Positions 13,407-27,656 of a stretch of 64,000 bases of DNA are shown piece after piece (the first letter of the stretch is position 1; the number at the start of each line of letters is the position of its first letter). Made by a program: the position numbers and the translations under genes. The stretch lies in NCBI GenBank assembly GCA_964106915.2, contig OZ066921.1. One strand, 5' to 3'. This DNA is from Podarcis gaigeae (lineage: Eukaryota). The notes beneath the pieces were generated by a model. It saw only the letters and a list, made by a program, of their open reading frames with translations, was not told the DNA's origin and did no database searches.

Positions 13407-14469
13407 CCATGTATTATCTGAAACCCAATGGGTGTATTGGTTGTCAAATGTGAGATATATTGCCATTCTTTTCCACTCTCCAGCCCCACTTTTACATGCA
13501 GTATTAGACCTTCAAGGGACCTGCCAGCATGACCTCCAACTCAGGTGACTCTATGTCGACTGTTACCTTCTTTTTCTCTCCCGGTACGGCTTGAGGAATT
13601 CCTAGTGGATTTCTCTTCCATTTGTGTGTCTTCGTGTTGTTCCTTGAGATGATCGTACATTTCCTACATTTTAACAAAACTCAATAAAGGTCATTGTGAT
13701 CCCTTGAGGGGGCTCTGGGTGTGTGGGGTGTGTGTGTGATGCTCTTATGGCAGAGCTTCAAATAACTCTCCCTCTGTTTCTCTTCATTGTGGCACTGTCA
13801 CGTTGCCCTACATCTCTCTGTCTCTCTGTCCTCTTGGCTTGTAGCAGGGAATAGAAAGCCACCTGTTTGCATTAGCGGGCCGATGACAATGCCGGCTGTG
13901 GTAGTAAAGAAATCTCTTCTGAATCTGACAGGTTCTTGAGAGAGAAGCTCCTTTTGTAGAGGTTGGGTTTGATCCAATTCAGTTGCGCTGCCGAGTGAAC
14001 TTCCTTGCTTGGTTCACGATCAACGTCTTAATTTTCTCTCACTCACGCTTCATCTTACAGCTTTTCTCAAACAAAAGATAAGCTGTTTCAGATGGAACTG
14101 AGCCTGTTGGCTTTGTAAAAATTTTTTTAAAAAAAATGTGTGGAAGATTAAAGGGGGGAGGGCTACTCTTTGCTTTCATTCTCGGTAGCAGCAGACAAAG
14201 CACTTTGTCTTCTACAAGAGATAGGTGGAGTAAAACACTTAGGGCAAGTCATGGAGCATTCACTCTCCAGGGCAACCTTGAAAGCCTTTCCTGAATTTGG
14301 AGGTCAGTGCTATCTCCAGCATTTATTACTATTTTGTATTATTTTATTGTCAAACCAAGTTTCTTTCGTATGGCTTTGGAAATGGAACCGGGGGAGAGGA
14401 TCACCCAGCTTTCTCTGTCACCATTATAACAATTTGCCAGTGATGACTATGTACTACCGCCACTGTCAG

Positions 14470-14630
14470 TGGAAGTATATTTCTGAATACCAGTTGCTGG
14501 GAAACAGAGGGAGATGCTGTTATGCTCTGGTCCTGCTTGCGGGCTTCTCTTCCTGGCTTCTAGTTGGCCACTGTGAGGGCAGGTTGCTGGACTCTGTGAG
14601 TCCATCCATCTGCAGGGCTCTTTTTATGTT
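14470..14630 (+). mobile_element. CR1 3' UTR fragment
   Basis: gttggccactgtgag..gctggact homologous to the reverse complement of 12320-12480. Confidence 0.6.
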
Positions 14631-14712
14631 GTCAATTGGCATTTTAAATCTCATTTTGCAAAAGAGGCCGTGCTGTTACTAAATCACATTCTCCATTCCC
14701 AAATTGTGCCAT

Positions 14713-14866
14713 TGATTGATAGCTCAGTTGGTTAGAGGATGGTGCTGTTGACACCATGGTTGCAGGTTCGATCCCCACATGGAACAGTTGCATATTCCTG
14801 CATTTCAGGGGGTTGGACTAGATGATCCTCAGGGTCCCTTCCAACTCTACAGTACTGTGATTCTAT
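14713..14866 (+). mobile_element. SINE with tRNA-Ile-like head and CR1-derived tail (Squam2-like)
   Basis: TAGCTCAGTTGGTTAGAG..GGTTCGATCCCC head joined to gggggttggactagatgatcctcagggtcccttccaactctac..gattctat. Confidence 0.8.
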
Positions 14867-16159
14867 CCCTCACCCTCCCTTCTCCAAAATATCAAAACCT
14901 TTTGCCTCCTGACATTGTTGGGCTCCTTTCATTACCATATTGCAATTAGAGGTTGCTTGAGGATCTTAGTCTTTAAAGTGCTGTAAAAATTGACCTGATC
15001 TCTAGATCCTAACCTAGTGATCTTTCGGATTTCATACTTCTTGAATTTTACATGGCGGTTAAACAAAAACTGTATCAGAATACCTTTAAAGCTTGTGCAT
15101 TACCAAAGAAAATGTAATGAGCCCTGCAGCTCTGCTGGAGTAGGGATCAGTTTGGCAGGCCCCAACACAGGAGGAGGAGGAGGAGGAAGAAGAAGAAGAA
15201 GAAATGGGGTGAGAGGCAAAATAGTGGGAAATAGGTTTTTTGGGGGGGCGGGGTCTTTCCCTCGTGCGCCTCAACTTCAGCAACTTTGGGAGCAGGGATA
15301 CTAGCTCTTCCTCTCTACCTCTCAGCAGGTCAGAGTCTCAGTGGATGCTGAGGAGGCTGAGGGCAGGGGGGAAGATAACTTAGGAGGAGGAGGCTGAACG
15401 GAAGGGGGCAGAACTAATCGTCACCTCACAGATGGGAGCAGAGCCACCCACCCCAGAGGAATGTGTGTTTGCAATCCCAATGTGTGCACATTGCCTCGTC
15501 TTTTTAAAAGCTTGGTGGTTGGGGTGTGGAAGTTGTTGGGACATCTTAGTTGCTTCCCCCCAGTCTCAAACATCTTTCCCGATTCCTGAACTTCCGAATC
15601 ATATCTCCTGAATTCCATGTCCTTTGGCAAACCTGCACCTGTCCGAATCGGGATCCCTTTCCTATGTACCCATAAGAGCCTCTGTCTACATGTGTTGGTG
15701 TGCAAGGCAGGGCAGGGAAGAAGTATTTAAATAGGTGCTGCAAACACCCTTTTTCTCGGAACTTATTTAAATGCAAATCTCATGCAGATGTATTGGCAAA
15801 ACTGACACGGAACAGAAACTGATTGATTGGCTTTTGCGCATCTCTTGTTGAAATGTTGGGATATATACATGCTTTTGTGTGAGGAATTGGTTTAATGGGT
15901 GCTGGTGTGACAGAAGCCCTGTAGGCATATATGACAAGGCATGTGAGGGAGTTTGCGGGGCTGGCTCTGCTCCCTGCATAACATGTGCTGACAGTTCCAT
16001 CCCAGATTTGTGATTAGCAGAGTCTGAAGGGGGCGGTGAAATGCTCCAGCCCAGGAATGGAAATCCTGATTGCTGATGGTTCCCATCCCTTTCTACAGTG
16101 AAGTGACTGCCTTCAGGTTCTGCCAGTTGGGCATTGCCTCAGGAGTTTTCACTGCACAG

Positions 16160-16338
16160 GCAGAGTAATGCTTTTGAACACCAACTACTGGAAACTGCGC
16201 ATGGTGGGGAGGGGGGAGAGCACTTGTGCTCAGGTCCTCCTTGCGGGTTTCGCACAGGGACATCTGGTTGGCCACTGTGAGAACAAGATGCTGGATTAGG
16301 TGAGTCATTGGCCTGATCCAGCAGGCTCTTATGTTCCT
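16160..16338 (+). mobile_element. CR1 3' UTR fragment
   Basis: catctggttggccactgtgagaacaagatgctgga..cctgatccagcaggctcttatgttc. Confidence 0.75.
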
Positions 16339-18429
16339 AGCTCTTCCCCCCCCCCCCCAAATATTCCTATGGGCATCTTTGTGTGTTCTGTGGTGGATAC
16401 TTGAAAAGCACTACCTGCATCATTCTTCAACTCTCTTCTTTCTTAATTAGCAGTATGGAAGACTGATGATGCTGCATTGTCCCTGTTTTCTCCCTATGAT
16501 TTTTAGCTTTTATGAGATGATTTGAGCTCAAAATGTGGCACTGTGAAGTTGCTTGTAGGTTTTTTGTGTTGGGCGGAGGGAGGTTGTACAGTTTTGGATT
16601 TTATTGGAGTATTATTTGTATTTTTCTCCTTCCTATAATTATAATTTTCTCCTTATTGTGAATGGCACTGGGAATCATGTCATTAAAAACTTTAATTAAT
16701 TAAAGACACGGATGACTCCCTAAAATAAGGGTACACCTGATTCTCCTACGCCTGCATTTGCTATCCTAGTGCCCTCTATGTATTGGGAGTAAGAGTCAGT
16801 GACGGAGCAGGAACATTTCTCTTCGTACAGGCATCTCATTTCTCTTTCTTTTTTAAAAGAACCGCATTGTGCTACTGGTTCCGATTTGCTTCCATTGATA
16901 AATCCAGGCTGACGCATCACAATAACTCCCTATCGGTCTCCAAAAATTGCACACACAAACACACACATATTATTACCCTGCATTTTATGCTGGGATCAAG
17001 TAGCAGCTTCCCCCGCCCTGTTGTTGTTGTTGTTTTTAACTCTGGGGTTGTATCAAGCTGGTTTTACATATTTTTTTCTCTCATTTGAACCTGGGACAGT
17101 TCCCAGGTTGATTAATTGTCTTTTTTGGCAGTGCCCACTCCCCCCCCAGTTATTATTACTATTTCAAATGGGCTGCAGATGTAAATTCATCTGGCTTTAG
17201 GAGCTAGAAAGAAAATGAGCCTTAGCTGTTGTGCTACGTCGCGTGTGCCTGAAGACATTGCTGGTGGCTTTTGAGATCAAGCGGCAGTGAAATAGCTTCT
17301 CTGTTGAGAACCGGAGAAATTCTTAAGCCGATAATGAGGAGTGACTTCCTTTTGATTTTCAGCGCTGGCTTTACAATCTGTCTGTCTGCTTTTGAAGAGA
17401 ACGGATTCCTCCCAGGGGAACGGGGATGGCTCCCCAATTAGCTATTGCGCTCTGCTGAGATGGTGTCTTGGATTTAAGGGCTGGGTTTTGAAAGTGAGCG
17501 ATAGGTCCTGCTGATGTAGAGCTTGAGAGCCTTGGCGCCCCAGATGCAAGTTCAGCTGGAGACGATTGAAATGCTTGTATCATACATGTTAGTGTTAGGA
17601 CGTTCATAAAGACTGCATATTTGCTCCACATGGTGGGAAGAGAGCACACAAGCAAATAGAGGAAATGAGATTTTGCCTTTTGCTCAGTCAGAATACAGAG
17701 TTTCCAACTGGACACTCTGAGCATATCCTCCCAATTTGCCTAGCACATTATTTATATTGACCAGACAACCCAACATGATACACACATGCTTTGGCTTTCT
17801 GGTGTGTGGCCCTGTGGCTGAGTAGTTATCTGCTTTTCCCATTCAATGCAGATTAACACCAACGCTCACAGAGCTCTGTGCATTCAGGAATTTCCCCCAA
17901 TAATCTCACAGTTACAGAAGGACAGGCGTTCAGTGTTCTTTCAGTGACTTGAGAACATCCGCGTATGTATAATTATTGAAGAACATCTTTCTCGCTCTTA
18001 TAGTCTGATAGTGTGTGGATGGTGAAATCTCCAAAGCCAGACAGCAAACAAGTAAGATTTCTGGAGCTTCAGCTCTGTGTTGTAGCACTTTGTCCCAAAA
18101 GGTGATTGGCAGAAGAAGCAAACTAAATGTGCAAAACGATCGCATTATGGAAATGTGCTTTAATGTGGTTGCAGAATTCCAGAGGTTGCAGAACTCAGCA
18201 TTTCTACATGCAGAATGTTTTCAGCACAGAGCATGCCCAACCCTCCTTCTTTGCTCAGGTTGCTTTGAATTGTTGTCTGCTTATCTCAAGGCGTTCATAT
18301 TCTAGTTTGGACCCCTTTCTTTTTGGAACAGAGAAAGATGCTACAACAACCCCTAGTTAAAGTCCTGCTGGTAGGAAGAGCCTGATCTCCAAGCCTTCTG
18401 ACAATCGTTACCTCTCTCTGGATATAATA

Positions 18430-18683
18430 CAGTCATACCTCGGGTTAGATACGCTTCAGGTTGAGCGTTTTCGAGTTACGCTCCACGACGACCTGGAAGT
18501 AATGGAACACGTTACGTCCGGGTTTCGCCGCTCGCGCATGTGCAGACGCTCAAAATGATGCCATGCGTGGAAGCGACGAAACGCGACCCGTGCACGCACA
18601 GACACACAGTCGCGTGTTATGTTCTACTCAGGTTGCGAACGGGGCTCCGGAATGGATCCCATTCACATCCAGAGGTACCACTG
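18430..18683. mobile_element. Tc/Mariner (Tigger/pogo-like) MITE
   Basis: TA-CAGTCATACCTCGG ... AGAGGTACCACTG-TA; CpG-rich interior. Confidence 0.85.
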
Positions 18684-18849
18684 TATAAGCCCTGATTATC
18701 AATTTATATTAGAGATTGCCCAGCAACATGCTGGGTGGCCAATGAATGAAACATGGGATGGGCTGAAGCTACCTTGAGATATTACACCACCGTGTCAGAT
18801 GCAGCCACCACTCCATGCCCCTGTGGGGCTGAGAGCCGCAGCAGTGATC

Positions 18850-19331
18850 TCATAGAATCATAGAGTTGGAAGAGACCACAAGGGTTATCGAGTCCAACCC
18901 CCTGCCCAGCAGGAAACACCATCAGAGCACTCCTGACATATGATTGTCAAGCCTCTGCTTAAAGACCTCCAAAGAAGGAGACTCCGCCACACTCCTTGGC
19001 AGCAAATTCCACTGTCGAACAGCTCTTACTGTCAGGAAGTTCTTCCTAATGTTTAGGTGGAATCTTCTTTCTTGTAGTTTGGATCCATTGCTCCGTGTCC
19101 GCTTCTCTGGAGCAGCAGAAAACAACCTTTCTCCCTCCTCTATGTGACATCCTTTTATATATTTGAACATGGCTATCATATCACCCCTTAACCTCCTCTT
19201 CTCCAGGCTAAACATGCCCAGCTCCCTTAGCCGTTCCTCATAAGGCATCGTTTCCAGGCCTTTGACCATTTTGGTTGCCCTCCTCTGGACACGTTCCAGT
19301 TTGTCAGTGTCCTTCTTGAACTGTGGTGCCC
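18850..19331 (-). mobile_element. Young 5'-truncated CR1 LINE
   Basis: Open ORF2 C-terminus [35 protein letters not shown]; tail (ATTCTATG)n. Confidence 0.95.
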
Positions 19332-19393
19332 CGCCCCCATCTCTCTTTTTGCCCAGCATCCTGTCAATACAGTTCTAAGGGAAATCCCTAAAG

Positions 19394-19481
19394 CAGGGTT
19401 TCCCATACTTGGGTCTCCAGCTGTTTTTGGACTATGACTCCCATCATCCCTAGCTTAGAGACCCAAGTTTGGGAAAACCGG
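19394..19481. mobile_element. Internally deleted hAT MITE
   Basis: CAGGGTTTCCC..GGGAAAACCGG with 8-bp TSD CCCTAAAG. Confidence 0.8.
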
Positions 19482-19834
19482 CCCTAAAGCGTCACAGATT
19501 CACCAGAAAGCACAGTCCTGGATGCCGGGAAAGGTAAAACCATGGCGCGCAAAGGGATTGAATATGTGCACTCCCAATTGTTCCTTTGCAGCTGAGGCTT
19601 AACATTTTGAATGTGGTTTTGATGTGGTGCCTTTCCCTGTGGAGTTGCTTTCATCAGGGATCAGGAGCTCCCCAGCGTATCCTCTCCCTGACGAAAGTAG
19701 CTTGTCAGGTTAGGTTGCTAAATTTGAATAGCCTCAAAGGTAAAGCTGCAGCTGCCGCAAGGGAGCATTGGCAGCTCAAATCGGGTGCTATTTGCAGCTG
19801 TGGCTTTCCCTGTCCTACACCTGACTTCATAGGG

Positions 19835-19970
19835 CAGGCATAGGCAAACTCGACCCTCCAGATGTTTGGGGACTACAACTCCCATCATCCCTAGCTAACA
19901 GAACCAGTGGTCAGGGATGATGGGAATTGTAGTCCCAAAACATCTGGAGGGCCGAGTTTGCCTATGCCTA
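19835..19970. mobile_element. Palindromic hAT MITE
   Basis: TIR CAGGCATAGGCAAACTC, near-perfect hairpin, 8-bp TSD TCATAGGG. Confidence 0.92.
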
Positions 19971-22900
19971 TCATAGGGCATCAGACGATGGGCAGATGGG
20001 TGTGGCTTCGGGCCACTGGTCCTCCACTGCTGTTTTCATGTGTTGTGTAAATGAGTTTGCCCTGTCTTGCCTCAGCTGCTCAGTGAGCTTCATGGCTGAG
20101 TCGGGGTTTGAACCTTGGTCTCACTATCCGCTGCACAACACTGGCACTCTGGTCAGCATCTGTAAAAGATGACCGCCAAATCACAATACAGCGGGTTAGA
20201 GGAATAGGCAGCCGTCTCGCTTTGTGGCGTATAGAGCTGTTCTATAGCTGAAAGCTACTTCATGTTCCATATAAGAGGGCTGGGTGGTGCAATCTGTACC
20301 TTTAGTTGTCGTCATCCATGGGAAATGATTGCCAGTTTTTGTCTAAAGAGCACTTGTTCAGGAGTAAGCATCCACAGAGTAAGTGGGCCATTTTTGTCAA
20401 GCATTGTTCTTAAGTGATTGGTTTTTCAGGAACGTGAACATGATATCTTCAGTTTTCCAGTCCAAAGAAATAGGTTTTTCAGTAAATAGCTGAAGAGGTG
20501 TTTAGCAGACTCACACATACACAAAAACACACACTTATTCTAGCCTGTCCTTGCTTTTCATGTGAGTCATTGGCCCTCTCAAATCCTTTGCAATGCCTCA
20601 AACATTATTTTTCCTTGCATTTTTATTTTTTATTTTTTTATTTTGCATTCATGCGCTGCAATAATTAATTATGCTTGAGGTAGAACTGATTTTGTTGTGG
20701 GCAACAAAGGGGTTCTGTATGTACTGAGTGAATTTGTGTGAATATCATGAATGCTGAAGAGGTGGCATTTGCATAATGCATCTTTATTCTCGCAAACAGA
20801 CTTTTGTGAGAGGAGAGCCTTTGACTGTGCTTCTGTGGCTTCTTCTGTCCTTCCCTCTCTGATTTTCTACCCAAGGAAAATGCTGGGGTTTTGTTAGTTT
20901 CCAGGATCCCCGTCATTATTTAGCAATTTGGAATATTTCATTCATGGGCTATAAAGCCTTGAAATGCTGGGCGTTCTGATGTTTACTCTGTTAATAGCCA
21001 ATTCAGATCCCTAAAGTGAAAATAATGTTCAGAATATTAGAGTGTTTACGTGGAGAAAGCAATGATGGAACATCTTTGTTACCAGGAAAAATGCACAAGA
21101 ATCAACTTATTTCTTTTCCCCTCCCTGGGCGATAGTGCCTTTATATATAGAGAGAGGGGGGGAATGTTAGATGTTTTAGAAATGGCTAGATGGTGGCAAG
21201 GCACAAACTTTGGCAGGGGTAATATATAAACCTTATGTGTTCAGGGGGGAACAGCTTTGCAAATAAGTCAGCAACTCACTAGTCTGCAGACATTTTTACT
21301 AAACTTCCCTGCCCCACCCTTGCCTGTGTTTTAAAGAAAGCTCCCTCTTTTCTTTTCAAGCCTGGAATGGCAAATGTAAATGTAAGGACCATCCAACTAG
21401 AAAAAGGCCAGTAAATTTTCTGCGTGCATTTGGAAGAGGCTCCTTGGAAGAGCCAAGAAATGTGTGTAATGAGATCAGCATGTGGGGCAAGTAGTAACAT
21501 GCCAAGGGGGAGAAGGCAGCTTGCCATGGGTGCCTTGGAGGGCATACCCCATTTTCGTAACACCTATTGCCGTTGGATATTCCTCCGATTTGCCCGAGCA
21601 AATGCCACAAGTGACTAGGGCTGAGATGATCTTCTCATCTTGGAGTCTCTGAATGTCAAATAAGTGCAGAGACAGAATGAACACTAAGCCAGGGAGTTCG
21701 CAATGCAGGTGAGCTTGGATCATGGATTTGTAAAATTAAGGTTGCAGTCTTAACCCAGACGATGTGGGATTCGCTTCCTACTTCTTTTTTAATCAAGGAA
21801 GCATTTAAAGATTATCTGTGAGTCCTATGGCGGTCAGGCAATATCTTGCAACTTCACATAATAAAAAGGGCAGTCATCGCTTTATTACATTTTATTAAAC
21901 TTTATATCCTGCCAGTCAGACCAAACAAGACTCTCAATACAGTTTATCCAAAGTTCTACCTGGGGGTGGGAGGCTCTTTAGATAGTAATGTGTGTTGTTT
22001 CGAAACGTAGCAAGCCAGTCCTGTTGCACATTTTGGGCACCTCCTGCTCATCTGTCTCTGTGAGGCTCTAGATTTCTGCCCCAATGTCCTGCCCTGATGG
22101 TGCCACGGGTGTTTGCAACTTTCAGCTGTTTGAATAGAAAGGATATTTATCCCTTTTGTGTGCACATCTGAATCCTTCATGAAGGGAATTCAGCTCCTGT
22201 ATTCAACTGAAAGTTTGTGAATTTATGCAGTTTTGCAGAAATTCGCTTGATTGGTACATCTTCAACTCAAAACCAACCTCTTCTGACTTAACCCCTTGGA
22301 GTCCTCACCCCTAAGCTTCTGTGGCCAATCTTGTTTATAATCATCCATGCCATTTCCTCTCTCTAACCCTGCTCTACTTTCATGCGATGCATCATGACTT
22401 GCTATTTATTACTTTCCCTCTGGCAGGCTTTATCTGTTCTTTGGGTTCTCTAATGTGAGAGGGGATACCTCAGGCCTAGGGGCCAACCAAATGCAGCTGC
22501 CCTTGGGACTCCTTCCAGGCCACCTCCCCACCTCCATTAGCCCTTCTCTGCACCTGCCTTGAGTGTTTTTGACTGGCTGGGATGTGTCCTTCAACCCTGA
22601 TAATGCCTCTTGCTTGCTTGCTTGCTTGCCTGGATGGGTGGTATGTGTAGGAACTAGCTTACTGTACAAAGGTAAAAAAAAAACCCAAAACCCTCTGGCT
22701 TCACCCATCACTGGCATGTGCCCCTTGCCAGGTTGGCCAGAAGGGAATGTGTCCTGCAGGTTGAAAACGATTCCCCACTCCTTCTATAATGTGCATTGAT
22801 ATGACAGGTATTAAATTCCTCAAAGCTTGTTCCTAGTAAAAATGCTATTTCGTAGTCAGTTACAGCAAAGTGAGAAAGTTGGTAAGGGAGAAAAAGACTC

Positions 22901-25900
22901 CAGGATGTTGCACGTTAATATACATTGTGGATTTTAGCATTTTGTTTGTGACCTCTTATGGTTGTTGTTTTTTTAATCCATTGCAGTCTCTAATCACTCC
23001 TTTTCAGAGTGTCGTGCTAGTGATTATATTGCAAATAGCAAAATTGACCTATTTCTCCCTGCGCAAAGCTATATGTCTGTGTTACATATGCATTTAGCAA
23101 AATATGTCATTTTGCAGCGAACAGTCTTGTGATTGTGCCTAACCAGTTGTGACAGCAAAAGAAGCTCGCCTTCAGAATTGAATTTTTAAAAGTTATTGGA
23201 AGGTCTCTCTGCTAGTTTTCACGTAATCTAGTCTAAATCAAGGACGGCGACGCCACCCCCACCCCACCCCCGGTTGCTGCCGTGGTACTGTAGCAGCTAT
23301 TAATAATAGCCGTTCTATACAGTTGCTGACTGAAAATCCATTTGCACTCTTTGCATCTAATCAGGGAGATCAAAGCTAGGGCTGAGCCAGAGGGTAGGGG
23401 GAGATTTTTATGAATGCATTTGTGGAAGTAGCAACAATCCATTTTGCCCCTTTTGAGAATTGCATTGAAAGATGGTGTCTGCCGATTCAGAGTGAGGGCA
23501 GCAGTGGATCATTCTAGCTAGGATCATCCCACATAACCAGTCCAGAAAGCGTTGTCTTCACTCTGCACTGGCTTTCTTCAGTGGCATTGGCATATTGTGG
23601 TGTCGCTAGTTAAGGTACATAATCCCTGAATGTCTGGAATTGGCATAGAAAGGGTGAGCATCCCAAGTAGGAAAAGGAAAATGGGAATCAGCAGAAGGAA
23701 CACAATGGCACCCCCTGATTCCTATCCACCACCAAAACTGTTGCATGCCATATTAAGGAAAATATTTCAAAAACCCCTTGGGGAGGATTTTTCCTCTGTA
23801 TTATCCCAGCATGGAGGATTCCCATCTATTGCTATCCTACCAACACTACCACCAATTTGTTTAAAAAAACCCTCTACTGTTATTTACTTATTTATTGCCC
23901 AACCCTTTCCACCATCTATTTATATTACCAGTCGGTCATAAAGCTCAGTTCCCCCACCAGAAGCCTGTAATTTTAGCATGTAGAAAATGCTTTTCAAAGT
24001 GAACAAAGCAAAGCAAAAGGTATGTTATTTTGAAATATCAATTTAATAAAACAAGTAGTTGTGCTAGCTTTAAAGGATACTTTAAATTAGGCTGCTATTG
24101 ATTTAAATCAGGATGTTTACTAGACCAGGCGGCTGGTTTTCAAAAGGGCAGTTTTGAGAGGTTCAGTTCCTCCCTCTATCCAAGACCCATTGCTGATTAC
24201 ACTGTGACCCTCCATCCTGGTTAATTCTCGCCAAGGCCAAACAAGGAGCCCTATACATGAAGCCATCCAGTTCTTCACTTGCCTCTGGAGGCACTTGGGC
24301 TTCTATTCAGGAACCCCTGCTGAAGCTCTCCCTCCGGTCCAGCATTTCACATACACTACAGCTATATATTCAAAACCTGTTGCCCAGGTGCCTAAGCCAT
24401 TCCGCCAACCCAAGAGCTGAGGACTCTGCATGAAATCTTTGAGCTGTCTGCTTGCCATGAGAGACACTCAGGCTTCTATTCAGGACCCTTGCCAAAGCTC
24501 TCTCTCTGCTCCAGCAGTTCCATCACTCCCTCGGGAACTCCCCACTGAGTTTTGGCTTGCAAGGTCCCACCAAGGCTATCTCCTGGGAGATCTTCTCTTC
24601 ACCGCAGTTGCTCTTCTCTAACCAGTGATTTCAGTTCTTTGGCCTTTTTTTTACTTCACAATCCCCAAGTCCTCTTAAAGCCACATTGTCCCACCCCTGG
24701 CCAAATGACAATTCGCCAAAGCTGTCACCTACGCATGCGTTACGGCTGTCCAAACTGTACACACTGTGTACTTCCATGTGGTTGACCGCGGCTTCGGTTT
24801 TCAAATTAGATGGAAGCTGGTTTGAGGGAAATTGCATCAAACAGAAGCTGCAGGATAAAGATGGAATGTGGCTAATGGCTTCATTGTCCTCTGTTTCAAA
24901 CACCAGTGGGAGCACACTGGAGCCAAAGTATATGGTGGTGTGTACATAATCTGGTCTGGGCTAGTTTCCCCCTTCTCTCCCTTCCCTGGGAAGCTATAGG
25001 TCAGCCTTCCCCACAAGTGGTGCCCTCCAGATGATTGGGGCTCCGACTCCCATCATTCTCCTGAGTGTTGACTGTGCTGGTTTCAACTGATAGAATGAGC
25101 CCATCAAGATTTGGAGAAAGGCTGGCTGGGTTAGCAGAATGTGCAAACTAATCATTGTTGCTTTTCCCCCCACCCCAAAATTCTGTTTTCCTAATTTTGT
25201 TTCCGTAACTTCTCAGGGACAAATTGCCACTTGAGCTATTGCACAGGAAACTCGATTAGCAAACATTATAATTACTGTTTACTTAAAATAGACAGTGTGA
25301 TGTTAAGCTCATTTTAAAATATTAATTATAATATTTTTCTCTGAACACGAAGATATGCAATTCTGATCAGATCATAAGATCTAGTGAGGGTAAGTGGATT
25401 TTCCTAGCTGGTGTGACAGGCATTTATAAATATGTATATTCACATCTCCTGGCAGTCTTTGTGTAACTCTTTGGCTTGATGAAAGAACATATTTATTTTT
25501 AATTATTCAGAATCCAAACAAACTTAATGCATGTAAAGAATGCTTAAAACTACATCCATTGGGTTGAGTGGGGAAGTAGAGAAGTTATATGCAAACCCAA
25601 CCCCCACCCTCAACTGTTGGAAACTTTGTGGGACAGGCTCTGAGAAGAATATATAGGGCCCTGAACAAAAATCCTACTGACTGTCTTTCAACTATCTTTT
25701 CTAATTTCTGTTCCTGGCTAAATTCTCTCGGCATTCTGAGAGCAAATATTCTTATTACATAGAATTCAGGCCTATAGTACTATTTTACTTTCCATATCAG
25801 CAAGTAAAACTTTTGAAATTTATTTTAAGTATTAGGAACTACAGCAAATAACCTTTAAGTAGCTTGAAAGCCATGCCTTCTGATTTGCAAGCCTGAGGTG

Positions 25901-27059
25901 GCTCTGTGCATATCTAGATCTAGTTAGCTCTTGTTGACTGAATATATTATCCCAGCAACTAAGAAATTTGTTAGAAATCTAAGAATCCCAACAGCAACAC
26001 CCAAGTTTGGAGCATGTTTAGACACTACCAGTGAGGCTTACTTCTGAATAGGCAACTTGCATAAGATGTCATGGAGAATTATGTTGGGATAGTCATACAA
26101 GAAGAAAATTGAGAGATTGCGTTTTCCATTTGGACCTGTTGCATTGTAAGGTTCATAGGTGTACTTGAAAAATATGTTGGAAATCATCACTCATATGTCT
26201 CCCCACCCCTCACAATGATCTGAGTAGTTAGCTAGGTATCCATGTGGGTTCCAGTCAAAACTGCTAAAGAAGAAAGTGCTAAAATCAGAAAGCCAATAGC
26301 TCTAACTCCCATAATGATGTACTTGTTTGCTTCTGTTGTACATTCATTGGCTTTGAGTTTGGGCTAAGTGCTCAAAGATGAATTGCGTATTAAGGCCGTC
26401 CAGATGTCATTCTGAGCTGCCTGGTGTTAATGACTGATTGCATCTTTTCCATTGCCAAACTTTTTCCCTATGATGCATGAGCTCTCCGTAGGTGATGGTC
26501 TTAATGGCTGACGGCTCCCTCGGCCTGTCTGTGAGCTCTCCAGAGTCATCCGTCTTGGGTCTGGCTTTCCAAAGAGTAATTCCATTGTATTGAAGCACCA
26601 AGTGTTTGAGATTCAGAAGACTATAAAATTGATTCTTCCATAAAGAGGTAATTTGTGGCAAATGGTGTAATCCTCTGGGCAGCCTTTCACTCATTCTGTA
26701 TGTCCAGGGCTCCTAAGATGTAGGCAGAGAGATTGGAGGACCTTGCAGGCCAGTTGTGTTCTTGAAGTGCTTTCTTTTCTCCCACTCCTGGAACAGTAAT
26801 TTATTATTTACCCAGAAGTGCACAGCTCCTTTCTCTTTTTTAAAGGCAGCAATGAAAGAGATCCTCACAACACCCAATGCCCATTGGCCACATTGCTCTG
26901 CCTTCCCAAACTCCCCATGCACAAGGGAGCCACTTTTTCCATTTTATCCATTTAACAAAATTTGTATACTTCTTAATCATAAAAAACATCTAAGATGTTG
27001 ATGTAAAATATATATTATAGCTGCTGCATTTTGAAGGTTGGGCCTCCGGGGAAAGGGAA

Positions 27060-27338
27060 GGAAGACAGATACAAGAAGGTACTTCTTCATGCAGTGCATA
27101 GTTGAACATGCTCCCACAGGAGGCAGCCACCAGCCGTGATGGCTGTGTTCTGCCACCACAGTTGGTGGCAGCGATGCTTCTGAGTATCTGCTGCTGGAGG
27201 CCATGGGAGTAGAGACTGGTCTTGTTCTCGGGTCCTGCTTGAGGGTTTCCCACAGGCATCTGGTTGGTCACAGTGAGAACAGGATGCTGGACTAGATGGG
27301 CCCCTAGCCTGATTCAACAGACTATTCTTATGTTCTTA
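27060..27338 (+). mobile_element. CR1 3' fragment, long-UTR subfamily
   Basis: gacagatacaagaaggtacttcttcat..ggcatctggttggtcacagtgagaacaggatgctggactagatggg..ttcttatgttctta. Confidence 0.75.
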
Positions 27339-27656
27339 AGGACAAGGTGGCAAGTTCTTCCTGGGAGAGGCAAAAGCAGAGTGAGGGAGAAAAGGGAGAT
27401 GAGATGTGGGTGGACGGACATGTGTTTGTGTAAGATGGAAACAGAGAGTAGTTTGGCTCCATCCTCTTCCATTCCTAGCCTCATACACCTATACCTGCAG
27501 CCCTCCAAGGGAATCCATCCCTCAATAGGGAAAAGGTTACCCACTGCTAAACACCATAGTTGAAGTTACAGATAGGTAGCCGTGTTGGTCTGCCATAGTC
27601 AAAACAAAAAAAATTCCTTCCAGTAGCACCTTAAAGACCAACTAAGTCAGTTCTTG

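Noticed and set aside
14713-14790. Possible tRNA-Ile gene
   Set aside because: Acceptor and anticodon arms are degenerate and it is fused to a CR1 tail, so it is a SINE.
19835-19970. Hairpins as miRNA precursors (also 49126, 63673)
   Set aside because: Explained by palindromic hAT MITEs with 8-bp TSDs; no expression evidence.
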